Below, one piece after another: positions 9,276-19,257 of a stretch of 64,000 nucleotides of DNA. Positions within the stretch are counted from its first letter, which is position 1; each line of letters opens with the position of its first letter. This stretch comes from a virus (lineage: Duplodnaviria; Caudoviricetes), in the IMG/VR virus record IMGVR_UViG_2599185359_000001, positions 32,001 to 96,000 of that record; one strand, 5' to 3'. The notes under the pieces were generated by a model. It was given only the letters and a program-made list of their open reading frames with translations. It was not told where the DNA came from and did not search any database. Both the position numbers and the translations under genes were made by a program.

Positions 9276-9934
9276 GCCGCTGCCCGATTGGCGAGGCCGA
9301 AGGTGGCTGCCACGAAGTCCGCCGCGGTCGCGATACGGTCGGCGCGGTCGGTGTTCTCGCGCAAGATGGTGCCGATCCGCGGCGCCATGTCCGCCAAGCT
9401 CTCATCGAAGAGCATGCCGCGCACCAGGAAATGGATATGCTCCTGGTAGGCGGCATTCATCGGCGGTTTGCCATCCATCGGCTCGAAGGTGATGGCCGGC
9501 GGGACCAGGATCACGAGATCGAAATGCTGAGCGGTGAGGCTGATGGCGCTCTCGACATACTGAACGCAGTCGTCGCGAACGCGAGGCGAGCCGGCCGCCG
9601 CCGAGGCATCGGCGAGGTAATAGGCGGCTGCATCGATCGGCGTTCGGTCGCACACGTAGCTCACCGGGCCGCCGTGCGCCTTGCTGAGCGCCGCGGACGC
9701 CTCGATCTGGCCCACCATGGCGTCCATGATGCGCCCCTGCATCACAGTGCCCGTGTTCAGGCGATTGTGTCGCTCCATGTCGAAGCCGTGAATTTCGGCA
9801 ACAACGCCCGCCGAGCTGGACAAGAAGGGGACGTCGAAGAGCTTGGCGATGGCGCGGGCGAGGGTGGTCTTGCCCACGCGGTGAGCGCCAGCGAAGCCGA
9901 TGCGCGTTCCGTTGAGGTGTGTGTTGTTCACCAT
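9272..9934 (-). CDS. P-loop nucleotide kinase-like (AAA_28/NadR-type) protein
   Basis: Walker A GAHRVGKT and CDRTPID motif. Confidence 0.8.
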   Translation of the reverse strand: MVNNTHLNGTRIGFAGAHRVGKTTLARAIAKLFDVPFLSSSAGVVAEIHGFDMERHNRLNTGTVMQGRIMDAMVGQIEASAALSKAHGGPVSYVCDRTPIDAAAYYLADASAAAGSPRVRDDCVQYVESAISLTAQHFDLVILVPPAITFEPMDGKPPMNAAYQEHIHFLVRGMLFDESLADMAPRIGTILRENTDRADRIATAADFVAATFGLANRAAA

Positions 9935-9943
9935 ACGCTCCAG

Positions 9944-10591
9944 TTAAAATGGGTGCCGGAGGACGAGGTCCGTCCAGGTTTCCAGCGTGATGTCGCCGGC
10001 CGCCGCGCCGAGAACGAGGGCCTGCGGCGCCGCCCATCGCGCGTTCTCGATCACGTCCTCGAACTTGGCAGGATCAATGCCCGGCAAAGCCTGGACGTCG
10101 ATAACGGCCACAAGGCCGACGTGCACCTTGTCAACATCGGACGCCGCCGAGCTGATCACCGCCGCCCAGTTGCACAAGCCCGCGCGCTGTTCGTCGGAAA
10201 GGCGCAGCAAGCTGATGCCGAGCTCTTCCTCGAGCTCGCGGATGCAGGCGGTCTGCATCGTAGCGCGAAGATCGATGACGCCATCTGCGTCATAGACCGC
10301 GTCGCTTCCGTCGACATGGCCCCCGAACCCGATCGACGCTTTCGCATGCAGCCGAGCGTCGCCTCCGCTGGCGCCGCGCTGATAGACCAGCACGTTCTTG
10401 CCATCACGGATCACGATGTAGGGGATCGGCTGAACGAAGTCGAAATCCACTTCCAGCTTCGGCCGCGGCCCGATCCACACCTCGCCTTCTGCGAAGATAT
10501 GGCCCACGTCGTCCGGTTGGTGACTGATACCGAAGCCCAGATCACCAAGCGAAGCTGCACGGATCGCGATAATATGCGCGATCTTGGACAT
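9944..10591 (-). CDS. NUDIX-family phosphoesterase
   Basis: QPIPY, SIGFGGHV, RELEEELG Nudix-like box and VHVG. Confidence 0.8.
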   Translation of the reverse strand: MSKIAHIIAIRAASLGDLGFGISHQPDDVGHIFAEGEVWIGPRPKLEVDFDFVQPIPYIVIRDGKNVLVYQRGASGGDARLHAKASIGFGGHVDGSDAVYDADGVIDLRATMQTACIRELEEELGISLLRLSDEQRAGLCNWAAVISSAASDVDKVHVGLVAVIDVQALPGIDPAKFEDVIENARWAAPQALVLGAAAGDITLETWTDLVLRHPF

Positions 10592-11487
10592 CAGAAGTTC
10601 CCCTTCTCGGCCATGATGCTGCTGATGCCGTCTTCGCCGACCATCGCAACGAAGTCCGAGAAGAACTGCGGCGCATGGGAGCGGGCGGACTCGAGGATCA
10701 CCGGCGCCAGGCGACGGATTTCGAGGTCGGCAGGCTCAGCGCCGCGGATCGAAAGAATGTGGCGGAGCGAGCGAAGGTTGGCGGTGAAGATCAGTCGCGT
10801 CTCGGCGGCATTGGGAAGAAGCGACCGGGCTGCCTCGTTCGCGCGCTTCTTCAGCGACACGATGGCATTCTCCTTCGCGCCGGCGGCCTGCATTGCGCGC
10901 AGGCGGGCGACGAACTGCTCCTGCAGCGCGACATATTCACGCAGGGAGTTGTTGCACGAACGGCGGAAGATCGTGAGTTCGGGATCGGCCTCGAGTTCCT
11001 CGGGCGTCATGCCCTCCAGGTGGTAGGCGAGGAGCGGCGGCAAGACGAAGCGAATGTTCTTCGCATCGACATAGCGCTGGCTCTCTTGGCTGTAGGCGAC
11101 TCCGACGCGGTGACGCAAAAGTTCGTGGGTCAGGGATCGCGAGACGCCGGAGATCAGGAAGCAAAGGCTGACATGCTCGTAGATCGAGCCGTGCCGCTGC
11201 TCCTTGATATTCAAATGATAGGCGGTCGAGTCGCGACCCTTCTCGAATGAATTGTAGCACTGGCGGCCAGCAAACTCGGCGATGTCATCACCGTTGCCGC
11301 CAAACTCGGCGTCGGGCACTGCGAAGGTGCGGCCCATGATTCCGCCGATGGGCGACGCGGCATTTGCGGCGGCATCTTCGACGTCGAGCTGGCTGACGGC
11401 GTCTTCCAGGCCAGAAAGACTGAAAACGGTTCCGGCGAACTTGGAAACGGCCGGATTGAATACGATTTTATCCATCGAAATGGGCAT
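10591..11487 (-). CDS. thyX: flavin-dependent thymidylate synthase
   Basis: HGSIYEH, SRSLTHELLRHR...SQESQRY and ARSLLPNA motifs. Confidence 0.95.
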   Translation of the reverse strand: MPISMDKIVFNPAVSKFAGTVFSLSGLEDAVSQLDVEDAAANAASPIGGIMGRTFAVPDAEFGGNGDDIAEFAGRQCYNSFEKGRDSTAYHLNIKEQRHGSIYEHVSLCFLISGVSRSLTHELLRHRVGVAYSQESQRYVDAKNIRFVLPPLLAYHLEGMTPEELEADPELTIFRRSCNNSLREYVALQEQFVARLRAMQAAGAKENAIVSLKKRANEAARSLLPNAAETRLIFTANLRSLRHILSIRGAEPADLEIRRLAPVILESARSHAPQFFSDFVAMVGEDGISSIMAEKGNF

Positions 11488-11573
11488 GAGCTTGTTTGAC
11501 CCCTATGCTCTCTACTTGCGACTCGTGTGTGTCACTGCGCACAACCTCTGTAAGAAGCTTCGACAGGTAACGC

Positions 11574-11624
11574 AAACAAAAATGTGTCGGGCAACACGGT
11601 TTTCACCAGTGTTGCCCGACACAT
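11574..11624 (-). terminator. Rho-independent terminator after nrdB
   Basis: 16-bp inverted repeat at 11582-11597/11609-11624 followed by a T-rich tail on the minus strand. Confidence 0.75.
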
Positions 11625-11645
11625 GCAGGACGCAAATGATACGGT

Positions 11646-12599
11646 CTAGAACGCTTCGCCCCACTCGCCTTCGGTTGCTGCGCGGCTGTAAGCCGTGCCC
11701 TGCTGCTCGAAGAAATTGGCGTGCTCGACGCCCGAAGCCTGGGTGTCGAACCACGGCAGATACTTGGCGTCGTCGTAGATGGGGAGCTCGCCGAGCTGCC
11801 GGAGGCGGATGTTCGCGACGTTACGGATATGGGCCTTGAACTCGTCCTTGGCGACGCCCGGCATATCGCCGTGCTGGTGCACCAAGTCGATGAAGGCGTC
11901 CTCCATCCGCACCGATTCACGGCACGTCTCGATGTTCTTGCGGGACAGCCGCTCGCGGTCGATCTCACCAGCCTTCTCGCGCAGGTAGGTGTGATAGAGC
12001 CACATGATGCCTTCGCAATGCAGGCTCTCGTCCCGGACCGACCAGCTGACGATCTGACCCATGCCCTTCATCAGGTTGTGTCGCGGCAGGTTGAGCAGCA
12101 TCGCGAAGCTGGCGAAGAGCATCAGACCCTCGCCGAAGCCGGACACGCCTGCGAGCGACGCGGCCACCTCTTCGGGATTGTTCGGGTTGAAGCTGTGCAT
12201 CCAGTCATGCTTCGCCTTCATCTCGGTGTAGTCGAGGAAGGCATGATACTCGCTCTCGGGCAGGCCGAGCGTGGTCATGAGGTGGCTGTAAGCGTCGATG
12301 TGCACCGTCTCCATGTTGGAGAAGGCGCTCAGCATCATCTGCACCTCGGTGGGCAGGAAGATGGTCTGGTAGAGCTTGTGGTAGCACTTGTGGACGTCAA
12401 TGTCGGCCTGGACGAACATGCGGAAGATCCACGTCAGCGTGTCGCGCAGTTTCGGATCCAGCTTGGCCCAGTCACGGACGTCCTGACCCATCGGCACCTC
12501 GGCCGCGAGCCAATGCACCTGCTGCTGTCGCTTCCAGAACTCATAGGCCTGCGGGTACTGGAACGGTCGGTATGCCTTGCTCGGGAGGATTAGGGACAT
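11646..12599 (-). CDS. nrdB: ribonucleotide reductase class Ia beta subunit
   Basis: ETVHIDAY, EGLMLFASF, WSVRDESLH and EHANFFE motifs. Confidence 0.95.
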   Translation of the reverse strand: MSLILPSKAYRPFQYPQAYEFWKRQQQVHWLAAEVPMGQDVRDWAKLDPKLRDTLTWIFRMFVQADIDVHKCYHKLYQTIFLPTEVQMMLSAFSNMETVHIDAYSHLMTTLGLPESEYHAFLDYTEMKAKHDWMHSFNPNNPEEVAASLAGVSGFGEGLMLFASFAMLLNLPRHNLMKGMGQIVSWSVRDESLHCEGIMWLYHTYLREKAGEIDRERLSRKNIETCRESVRMEDAFIDLVHQHGDMPGVAKDEFKAHIRNVANIRLRQLGELPIYDDAKYLPWFDTQASGVEHANFFEQQGTAYSRAATEGEWGEAF

Positions 12600-12600
12600 G

Positions 12601-12726
12601 TCAGTGGCTCCCCAGGTACTGGGCGAGCGAAACGCCGACATAGACGAACGTGCCGAGCGTCAGGACGCCGGCAATCCCGCATGCGACGAACGCCGCGGCC
12701 ATGCCGAACTTGAAGGATTTGGGCAC
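12601..12726 (-). CDS. small membrane peptide
   Basis: GTG start with AGGAG RBS; hydrophobic 41 aa. Confidence 0.45.
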   Translation of the reverse strand: MPKSFKFGMAAAFVACGIAGVLTLGTFVYVGVSLAQYLGSH

Positions 12727-12737
12727 TGTTGCTCCTG

Positions 12738-13367
12738 TTAGTTGATGGCGGCCCTGATCGGCCGCGCATTGTTGGGGTGGATGTATCGGATGGGGGCGAG
12801 GGTGCCGGCGGGCTTCGCCCAGTCCCAGACGAACCAGGCGTAGCTGTGCCGCGGCGAGCCCTTCGAACCTTCTATGAAGCGCGGGCGCTTGGTGACGCAC
12901 ACCTTCATTGCGTATGCCGGGTGGCCTTCGAACAGATCGGGCCGGTCCTCGGAGCTCATATCCCACTCGTTGCGCAGGAACATGGCCACCGATCCGCCGC
13001 GGGGCCGCATCAGCTCCAGCGCCTTCCGCACGAACGCCTCCGCTAGATCAGCGAACGGCGGATTGGTGATGATCATATTGACCCCGCGGGGCGTCACGTC
13101 CGCACGCAGGAAGTCGATGCCGCCGCGCCCATAGCCGCGATCATGCAGATCGGTGCTGTAGACGCTGGCGGTGGTCACCTTGAGGAGCCGCTTGCTGATG
13201 TGGCCCTCGCCGCAAGCCGGCTCCCATATGACGCGCTTCGACAGGTCGACGAAGTGAGCGAGGCAGTCGACGTTCTCCGGCGGCGTGGGGTAAAAGTCCC
13301 CCTCGCGTCGCTCGTAGACCACCTGGCCCAGCATAGCGCCGTCCCGGTGCGCTGCCTCGCTCAGCAT
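12738..13367 (-). CDS. amino-type (N6A/N4C) DNA methyltransferase
   Basis: DFYPTP, WEPACGEG (motif I) and IITNPPF (motif IV). Confidence 0.85.
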   Translation of the reverse strand: MLSEAAHRDGAMLGQVVYERREGDFYPTPPENVDCLAHFVDLSKRVIWEPACGEGHISKRLLKVTTASVYSTDLHDRGYGRGGIDFLRADVTPRGVNMIITNPPFADLAEAFVRKALELMRPRGGSVAMFLRNEWDMSSEDRPDLFEGHPAYAMKVCVTKRPRFIEGSKGSPRHSYAWFVWDWAKPAGTLAPIRYIHPNNARPIRAAIN

Positions 13368-13630
13368 CAGCTCTGCGCCGCCAGATCGGCGTTGAAGCGG
13401 TCGACGATCTTGAGGGCGTCGGTGCGGTTCGAGAGCGCAACGTGCATGCTGCGTTTGACGCCGCGCGAGCGCGCAGTCGGTTGCGGCGTGATGTGGGGAT
13501 TGCTCACCGCGCCGGCCGCATCGACGATATCGAAGCTGTGATGATTGTGGTCACGGATCGACCAGGGGCCAGTGCCCGGCAGCTCGACGTGTCCCAACCC
13601 CTCGATGAGAGTTGCGGGCAGATCAGTCAT
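13367..13630 (-). CDS. hypothetical protein
   Basis: Start MTDLPATL, coupled to the MTase gene. Confidence 0.55.
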   Translation of the reverse strand: MTDLPATLIEGLGHVELPGTGPWSIRDHNHHSFDIVDAAGAVSNPHITPQPTARSRGVKRSMHVALSNRTDALKIVDRFNADLAAQS

Positions 13631-13691
13631 ATGATTCTCTCTCTGTTGGTGCGCGTGTGCGTTAAGACACACACGCGCACAGATCAAGCGT

Positions 13692-15725
13692 TTACTGGCA
13701 GGACTCGCAGACCGGCTCGTCGATGTAGACGGGGCCGGCTGGCGCTGCCTCGATGTGGGCCTGCGGCATCTCGCCGGCCTGATTGCCGATCGCCATCGCC
13801 TTCGAGGCGGACTTCGACCGGAGGTAGTAGAGGCTCTTCACGCCCTGCTCGTAGGCATAGCGATGGATCTCCACGAGGTCCTTCTTGTGCACCGTCGACG
13901 GCAGATAGATGTTCAGCGACTGCGACTGGCAGATGAACGGCGTCCGCATCGCGTGATGCTTCACCACCCAACGCTGGTCGATCTCGAAGGCGGTCTTGTA
14001 GTTCGCCTTCTCGAGACGGCAGAAGTAGGCGAGGTGCTGCACCGAGCCGTCATTGACGGTGATCGATGCCCACTGCGCCTCTACCCACTCTTGCTCGCTT
14101 TGCTCTTCGACGCCGCGGAACATGGGCTGCTCGCGCAGCAGCACCGCGACCGTCTTGTTGGCGGCTGCCAGGCTGTCACGCAGCTGGTGGTAGCGCCGAC
14201 GCAGCTGGGCATCGAGGTACTTGTTCCGCACATTGAACGAGCCGGAAAGCGTCTTCTGGGTGTAGCTGTTCGCCGGGATCGGCTCGCCGCAGGCGCTGGC
14301 GCCGCCGCAGATGATCGAGATCGAAGCCGTGGGGGCGATCGAGAAGCGGTTCGTCAGGCGCCGCGGCTTGACGGACGGGTCGAGCTGGCGGGCGTCCGCG
14401 GAGTCAGGGTTCTCGCCGCGCTCGCGGACGAGCTGCTCATCGGCTTCGTCGGCCTCGGCCTTCATGAACTCCCAGAAGCTCATGTTCTCCTTCTCGGCCG
14501 CGACGCTCTCGAAGGGGATCTCCTTCGACTGGAGGTAGCTGTGGAAGCCCATCATGCCCAGGCCGACCGAGCGCTCGCGCATCGCCGAGTAGCGGGCTCG
14601 CTCGAAGCCCACCATGCCGGCGGTCTGCGCGATGAACTCGGTGAGCACGTTGTCGAGGAAGCGCAGGACGTTCAGCACGAGCTTCTTCTCGCCGCGCCAC
14701 TGATCCCAGGTTTCCATGTTCATGGACGAGAGGCAGCACACCGCGGTGCGCCAGTTGCCGAGGTGATCCTCGCCGGTGGGCAGCGTGATCTCGGAGCACA
14801 GGTTGGACTGCACGACCTTCAGGCCGAGCACCTTTTGGATCTCGGGGAGCATGCTGTTCACACGGTCCGAGAAGACGATGTACGGCTCGCCCAGCTCAAG
14901 GCGCGCGGTCACCAGCTTGATGAACAGCGCACGGGCATCGACCGTCTTGATGACGGCGCCGGTCTTGGGGCTCTTCAGCTCCCAGACACGCTCTTCCTGC
15001 GTTTCGAGCCATACCTTGTCCATGAAGGCGTCGGGCACCATCACGCCGTGGTGGATGTTGTGCGCCTTGCGCCGCTGATCGCCGCCCTGGTGCCGGCGGA
15101 TGTCGATGAACTCTTCGATCTCCGGGTGGGCGAGGTCGAGGTAGACGGCCGCCGAGCCGCGGCGCAGCGAGCCCTGGCTGATCGCCTCGGTCTGAGCGTC
15201 CTGCCAGCGGACGAACGGAACGATGCCGCTGGTGGTGCCGGTGATCGAGCCGCCAATGGGCTCGTCGATCGAGCGCACGTCGCCCCAGAACGTGCCGATG
15301 CCGCCGCCCATCGCCGCGAGCCAGATGTTCTCGTGCACGCCCTGGGCGATCGACGTCATGCTGTCGCCGATGCGGTTGAGGAAGCAGCTGATCGTCAGGC
15401 CGCGCTTGGTGCCGCTGTTCGAAAGGATCGGCGTTGCCGGCATGAAGTAGAGGCGCGAGATGGCGTCATACATGACCTGGGCGTGGCCGGTCTTCTCGCC
15501 GCGCACGACTTCATCGGAGTTGGCGCAGGCGACGCGGGCGAACAGATCCTGGTAGCTCTCGCCCGGCAGGAGGTAGCGGTCGCGCAGGGTCGCCTTGCCG
15601 AACTCGGTCAGCAGTGCGTCGCGGCTGTCGTCGATGGTGATCGACACGAGGGCGCTGGCCTCGGTCGGGTAATGGTAGACGCGAGTGGTCGCGCCCGGCG
15701 CTTGCGTGTCCGCAGCATCCGTCAT
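13692..15725 (-). CDS. nrdA: ribonucleotide reductase class Ia alpha subunit
   Basis: PATPILSN, ISCF, SNLCSEI, IAPTASISII and C-terminal CESCQ; AGGAG RBS. Confidence 0.95.
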   Translation of the reverse strand: MTDAADTQAPGATTRVYHYPTEASALVSITIDDSRDALLTEFGKATLRDRYLLPGESYQDLFARVACANSDEVVRGEKTGHAQVMYDAISRLYFMPATPILSNSGTKRGLTISCFLNRIGDSMTSIAQGVHENIWLAAMGGGIGTFWGDVRSIDEPIGGSITGTTSGIVPFVRWQDAQTEAISQGSLRRGSAAVYLDLAHPEIEEFIDIRRHQGGDQRRKAHNIHHGVMVPDAFMDKVWLETQEERVWELKSPKTGAVIKTVDARALFIKLVTARLELGEPYIVFSDRVNSMLPEIQKVLGLKVVQSNLCSEITLPTGEDHLGNWRTAVCCLSSMNMETWDQWRGEKKLVLNVLRFLDNVLTEFIAQTAGMVGFERARYSAMRERSVGLGMMGFHSYLQSKEIPFESVAAEKENMSFWEFMKAEADEADEQLVRERGENPDSADARQLDPSVKPRRLTNRFSIAPTASISIICGGASACGEPIPANSYTQKTLSGSFNVRNKYLDAQLRRRYHQLRDSLAAANKTVAVLLREQPMFRGVEEQSEQEWVEAQWASITVNDGSVQHLAYFCRLEKANYKTAFEIDQRWVVKHHAMRTPFICQSQSLNIYLPSTVHKKDLVEIHRYAYEQGVKSLYYLRSKSASKAMAIGNQAGEMPQAHIEAAPAGPVYIDEPVCESCQ

Positions 15726-15797
15726 GAAGGGGTTACTCCTAGGGTTGAACGTCGAGGGGATTGTATCAGACGTGTGTGTGTCGGTCGACACATTGCA

Positions 15798-16406
15798 TTA
15801 AGAAATAAGAGCCGCCATCATCCCCGCGAGCTGACGGAATTGTTCGCTGGCGATCGCCGCCTGCACGCCGGAGATGGCGTCGGCCTGGTGCTCCATGTCC
15901 TTGAGGATGTAGCCGCCGCGGTGCTCGATCTCGAACTCGTTCTTCCGGGGACCGACTCCCCACTCGACCGGACTGTCCGTGCGTTCGGTGAGGGCCAGCG
16001 CCCAGCGCATGATGTCCTCCTTGTCGGCAGTCTTCGAGCCTACCGAAGCCATCTTCACCTCAGCCGGGCTGACCTCGATCAGCGGAATGGTGAGCGATGC
16101 GAGAATGCCGATCGCGATACCGAACGCGCTCGCTGCGTTCGCGCTCTGACCGCCAGACGGTACCTCAGCAGCACCAACCCTGATCTGGTGCTGTGCGATC
16201 ACCTCGCGCAGCTTGACCGCGTGAGCGCGTGCGCGGTGCATCTTGTCGCTCGAACTGCGAACCTGCTTGTTCTTGGTCTTCTCGGTCTTGATGGTGCTCA
16301 TCTCGAGGACGCGGATGATCTTCCGGGTCTCCGTGCACACCTCGCACACCGCATAGCCGGTGTGCGTGAGGCTGGGATCGATGCCCAGCATTCGAATGAT
16401 TGTCAC
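15798..16406 (-). CDS. ruvC: RuvC-like Holliday junction resolvase
   Basis: LGIDPSL..TG, AEVP and EHQADAI acidic motifs. Confidence 0.8.
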   Translation of the reverse strand: MTIIRMLGIDPSLTHTGYAVCEVCTETRKIIRVLEMSTIKTEKTKNKQVRSSSDKMHRARAHAVKLREVIAQHQIRVGAAEVPSGGQSANAASAFGIAIGILASLTIPLIEVSPAEVKMASVGSKTADKEDIMRWALALTERTDSPVEWGVGPRKNEFEIEHRGGYILKDMEHQADAISGVQAAIASEQFRQLAGMMAALIS

Positions 16407-16545
16407 TGCTTCCTCTTGAGCGCGAGGTGAGGGCAGCCGCCGGAATACAGGCGGCAGTTAAGCGGCGTCTTCGTCCCGCCGGCTGCGTGGTGCGTCTTGG
16501 CGGCCTCGACGATGCGTGCGGGTGCGCCGCAAGGGGCGCAGCTCA

Positions 16546-17091
16546 TCAGAACTGGCCCCATAGGGGGTTGGATTGATCGATGCTGTTCGTCACCTGCTCT
16601 TTCTTATCCTGCTGGGCGACCACAAAGCCCTCTGAGAGGATCTTGTGCATCGCCGCGTTCTTCTTGATCGCATCGACCACGGCTGCCTGGATGTCGGCGA
16701 CCTTGGCGCCGTCCAGGTAACTCTCGACCCGCTCAGCCAGGTCGCCGAAGCAGTTGATGATGTCATCCCAGGCCAGCTCGATCCATTCGACCGGACCCTT
16801 GTCGCAGACCCATTCGCCGTCGACCGGCATGACGAAGATGAGCCCGTCGCGTTTGCCGAGCCGGATCTCCTTCGCGTTGACGCGCGTACCGGTCGGCACG
16901 CTATGCCGGCGGTACCCCTTCTCCTTCACAGCGCACGCGCAGAGGATCGGGAGCTCGACAGGGTAGGGGCCGTGGACACTCGCCCGGGCGAAGGCCGCGG
17001 CCAGCTTGACCAAATCCTTCACCGTCGAGGTATTTGCGGCCTTGGAGATCATGTCGGCGGTCACCTGGACCGCCGGTGCTTTCTTGCTCAT
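16546..17091 (-). CDS. hypothetical protein
   Basis: Start MSKKAPAV with GAGG RBS; ends NPLWGQF. Confidence 0.7.
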   Translation of the reverse strand: MSKKAPAVQVTADMISKAANTSTVKDLVKLAAAFARASVHGPYPVELPILCACAVKEKGYRRHSVPTGTRVNAKEIRLGKRDGLIFVMPVDGEWVCDKGPVEWIELAWDDIINCFGDLAERVESYLDGAKVADIQAAVVDAIKKNAAMHKILSEGFVVAQQDKKEQVTNSIDQSNPLWGQF

Positions 17092-17101
17092 TGTGCCTCG
17101 T

Positions 17102-19078
17102 TCAGATGATGCTGACGCTTGCCCGGCCGCCCGACTTCTCCACCTGGATCGTCTTGCGCGCGTAGGCCGCGATGTCGTTGTGGCTGATGACCAGGACAGT
17201 GCCGCGGTCGCGGGCCTTCTCTTCGAGCACGCCCATGAGGCGTTCGAGGCCGGCTGCGTCGAGTGCGTCGTCGATCTCGTCGCCCAACCAAAGCTCAAGG
17301 CTCTTGGTCGCCCGGGTTGCGACGAGATCCTGGAGCGCGAGCGCGCATGCGAGCCGCGCCTTGCGCTTCTCGCCGCCCGACAGGTTGTTGAAGCTCGGCG
17401 CGCTGCCCGGCTTCTCCACCGTCACCGAGAACTTCTCGACCAGCTGGCCCTTCTTCGTCTCGGAAAGCGTGGTCCAGAATGCATCGATCGCGCCGTCCGA
17501 CAGGCTGCCGAGATAGTGTGCGGTCCGCTCGTTGAGGAAGGGCGTTGCCTCGTCCAAGCGATGGGCACGGACGCCGGCAGGCGCGAAGACGCCAGCAACA
17601 GCCTCGGCGTAACCAAGCTCTTCGGCCGCCTTCAGCAAAGACCCCTTGGACTTTTCGAGCTCGGCGGCGCGCGCGACGACCGTGTCGTCGGCATCCTTCA
17701 GCATCTTGTTGAATGGGTTCTCGGCCGCAGCCTCATCCTTCCAACGCTTGCCGATGGTTTGGGCAGCGACGCGCAGGCGCTCGACTTCGGTTCGCGCCGC
17801 CTGGGCGATCTGAAGCTCGCGCTGCAGATTCTTCAGGCGAGCGCCCTCGGCTGACACGTCGGTCATGCTGGCGCGATGATCGTCCAGATCCTTCTGGGCG
17901 GCGGTGACCGCACGCTCGAATGCAGCGACCTTCGACTTGGCGGCGTCACGGTGAGCGATGCACTTGTCTCGGTCGGCCCTCTGCGCCTTGAGCTTGGTCT
18001 CGGCGTTGGCGATCGCGTCGGCGAGATGCTCCTCCTCCAGCGGACGACCGCAATCATCGCACGGCTGCCCCACGCCGTTCTTGGTCCGCTCCAGCGCCGC
18101 TTCCGCCGCGGAAACGGATCGATCAGCTGCCGCGGCAGTCGTTTCTTCGGACGCCAACCGGCGCTGGATTTGCGCAAGCGCCGACTGCGCCTGCGTAAGG
18201 TCGGCCGCGAGGTCACGCTCGCGCGCGACTTCGGACTGCACGGCTTCGATCTTCTCCTGCGCATCGACGATGTCTTCGCGGACCTTCTTCAGGCCATCAT
18301 CGTCGAGCTCGGCCTTCGCCGTCTGGAACGCCTTCACAGCGGCGCCGGTCTGCGTCTTGAGCCCAGCGATCTTCGTGACCTGATCGGTGTCCCATTGTGT
18401 CTTCTGGTCGTTCAGACGCTCTACAGACGCGAGCGCGTCGCGGTGACGCTCGGTTGCTCGGTCGAATGCGATTTGCGCTTGTGCGCGCGTCTCAGCGACC
18501 TTGCGCATGCGTTCGCGCGCGATCTCATACGCCCCGGCGAGCACGTCAACGCCGGCGGCCTGCTCCACGAGGAGCTTCAGCTGACGGTCCGTCATGCGGG
18601 GGATGTCGGGCATCATTTCCTGCCCCGAGTAGACAGCGGCGTTGAACACTTCCTCGGAGCAGCCGAGCAAGCGCTCGATCGCCTTCTGGGTGAGGGCAGT
18701 GGTCCCCTTCGTCGCGTCAATCCATTCGCCGGTCGCGGCGTCATGGTGCGCGAGGTTGAGGCTATTCTTGCCCTTCGGGTGCTTCCGGTAGCGGGTGACC
18801 CGCCAGAAATCGCCGTCGTCATCGATGGTGATCGACACGAGGGCGCCCTTGCCGACGATGGTATTGACGATGTCGTCGCCCGAGACGCCGCGCGCCGTCG
18901 AGCCCCACAGGCACCAGCTGATCGCATCGCCGATGGAGCTCTTGCCAGATCCGTTGCTGTCGGCGCTGGTCTCGTCGTTGTTGATGCCCGAGATGTGCGC
19001 CAGGCCGAGCGTGTCGAGGCTCAGCTTAGCCTCGCCGATCGCGAGCACGTTCTCGATCTGAACGTCGGTGAATTTCAT
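17102..19078 (-). CDS. SbcC/Rad50-like recombination ATPase
   Basis: Walker A NGSGKS, CDDC zinc hook, LSGGE signature, DEIDDALD and ISH. Confidence 0.92.
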   Translation of the reverse strand: MKFTDVQIENVLAIGEAKLSLDTLGLAHISGINNDETSADSNGSGKSSIGDAISWCLWGSTARGVSGDDIVNTIVGKGALVSITIDDDGDFWRVTRYRKHPKGKNSLNLAHHDAATGEWIDATKGTTALTQKAIERLLGCSEEVFNAAVYSGQEMMPDIPRMTDRQLKLLVEQAAGVDVLAGAYEIARERMRKVAETRAQAQIAFDRATERHRDALASVERLNDQKTQWDTDQVTKIAGLKTQTGAAVKAFQTAKAELDDDGLKKVREDIVDAQEKIEAVQSEVARERDLAADLTQAQSALAQIQRRLASEETTAAAADRSVSAAEAALERTKNGVGQPCDDCGRPLEEEHLADAIANAETKLKAQRADRDKCIAHRDAAKSKVAAFERAVTAAQKDLDDHRASMTDVSAEGARLKNLQRELQIAQAARTEVERLRVAAQTIGKRWKDEAAAENPFNKMLKDADDTVVARAAELEKSKGSLLKAAEELGYAEAVAGVFAPAGVRAHRLDEATPFLNERTAHYLGSLSDGAIDAFWTTLSETKKGQLVEKFSVTVEKPGSAPSFNNLSGGEKRKARLACALALQDLVATRATKSLELWLGDEIDDALDAAGLERLMGVLEEKARDRGTVLVISHNDIAAYARKTIQVEKSGGRASVSII

Positions 19079-19257
19079 CGCGTTTCCTTCTCGATAAGGG
19101 AGGCTACCCGCTTCGTGATGCCTGGTTTGCCCTTCAGGCTTTGGAGGAGCGCCCTGCGGTTCCTGCGTGGGCTGGGATTGATGACCGGGCAGAACTCCGG
19201 CTCCCAGGTGTGATGGTGGCTGCCGCCGCAGCACGGGCAGGGCGGAACCTCCATCAC
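19075..19257 (-). CDS. small Cys/His-rich protein
   Basis: 60-aa ORF coupled between the sbcD-like and sbcC-like genes. Confidence 0.5.
   Translation of the reverse strand: MMEVPPCPCCGGSHHHTWEPEFCPVINPSPRRNRRALLQSLKGKPGITKRVASLIEKETR

Noticed and set aside
13755-16430. 891-aa plus-strand ORF (likewise 26017-28755, 19341-21215, 9431-11026 and 52175-53878)
   Set aside because: Antisense shadows of well-supported minus-strand genes in high-GC DNA, with no motifs of their own.
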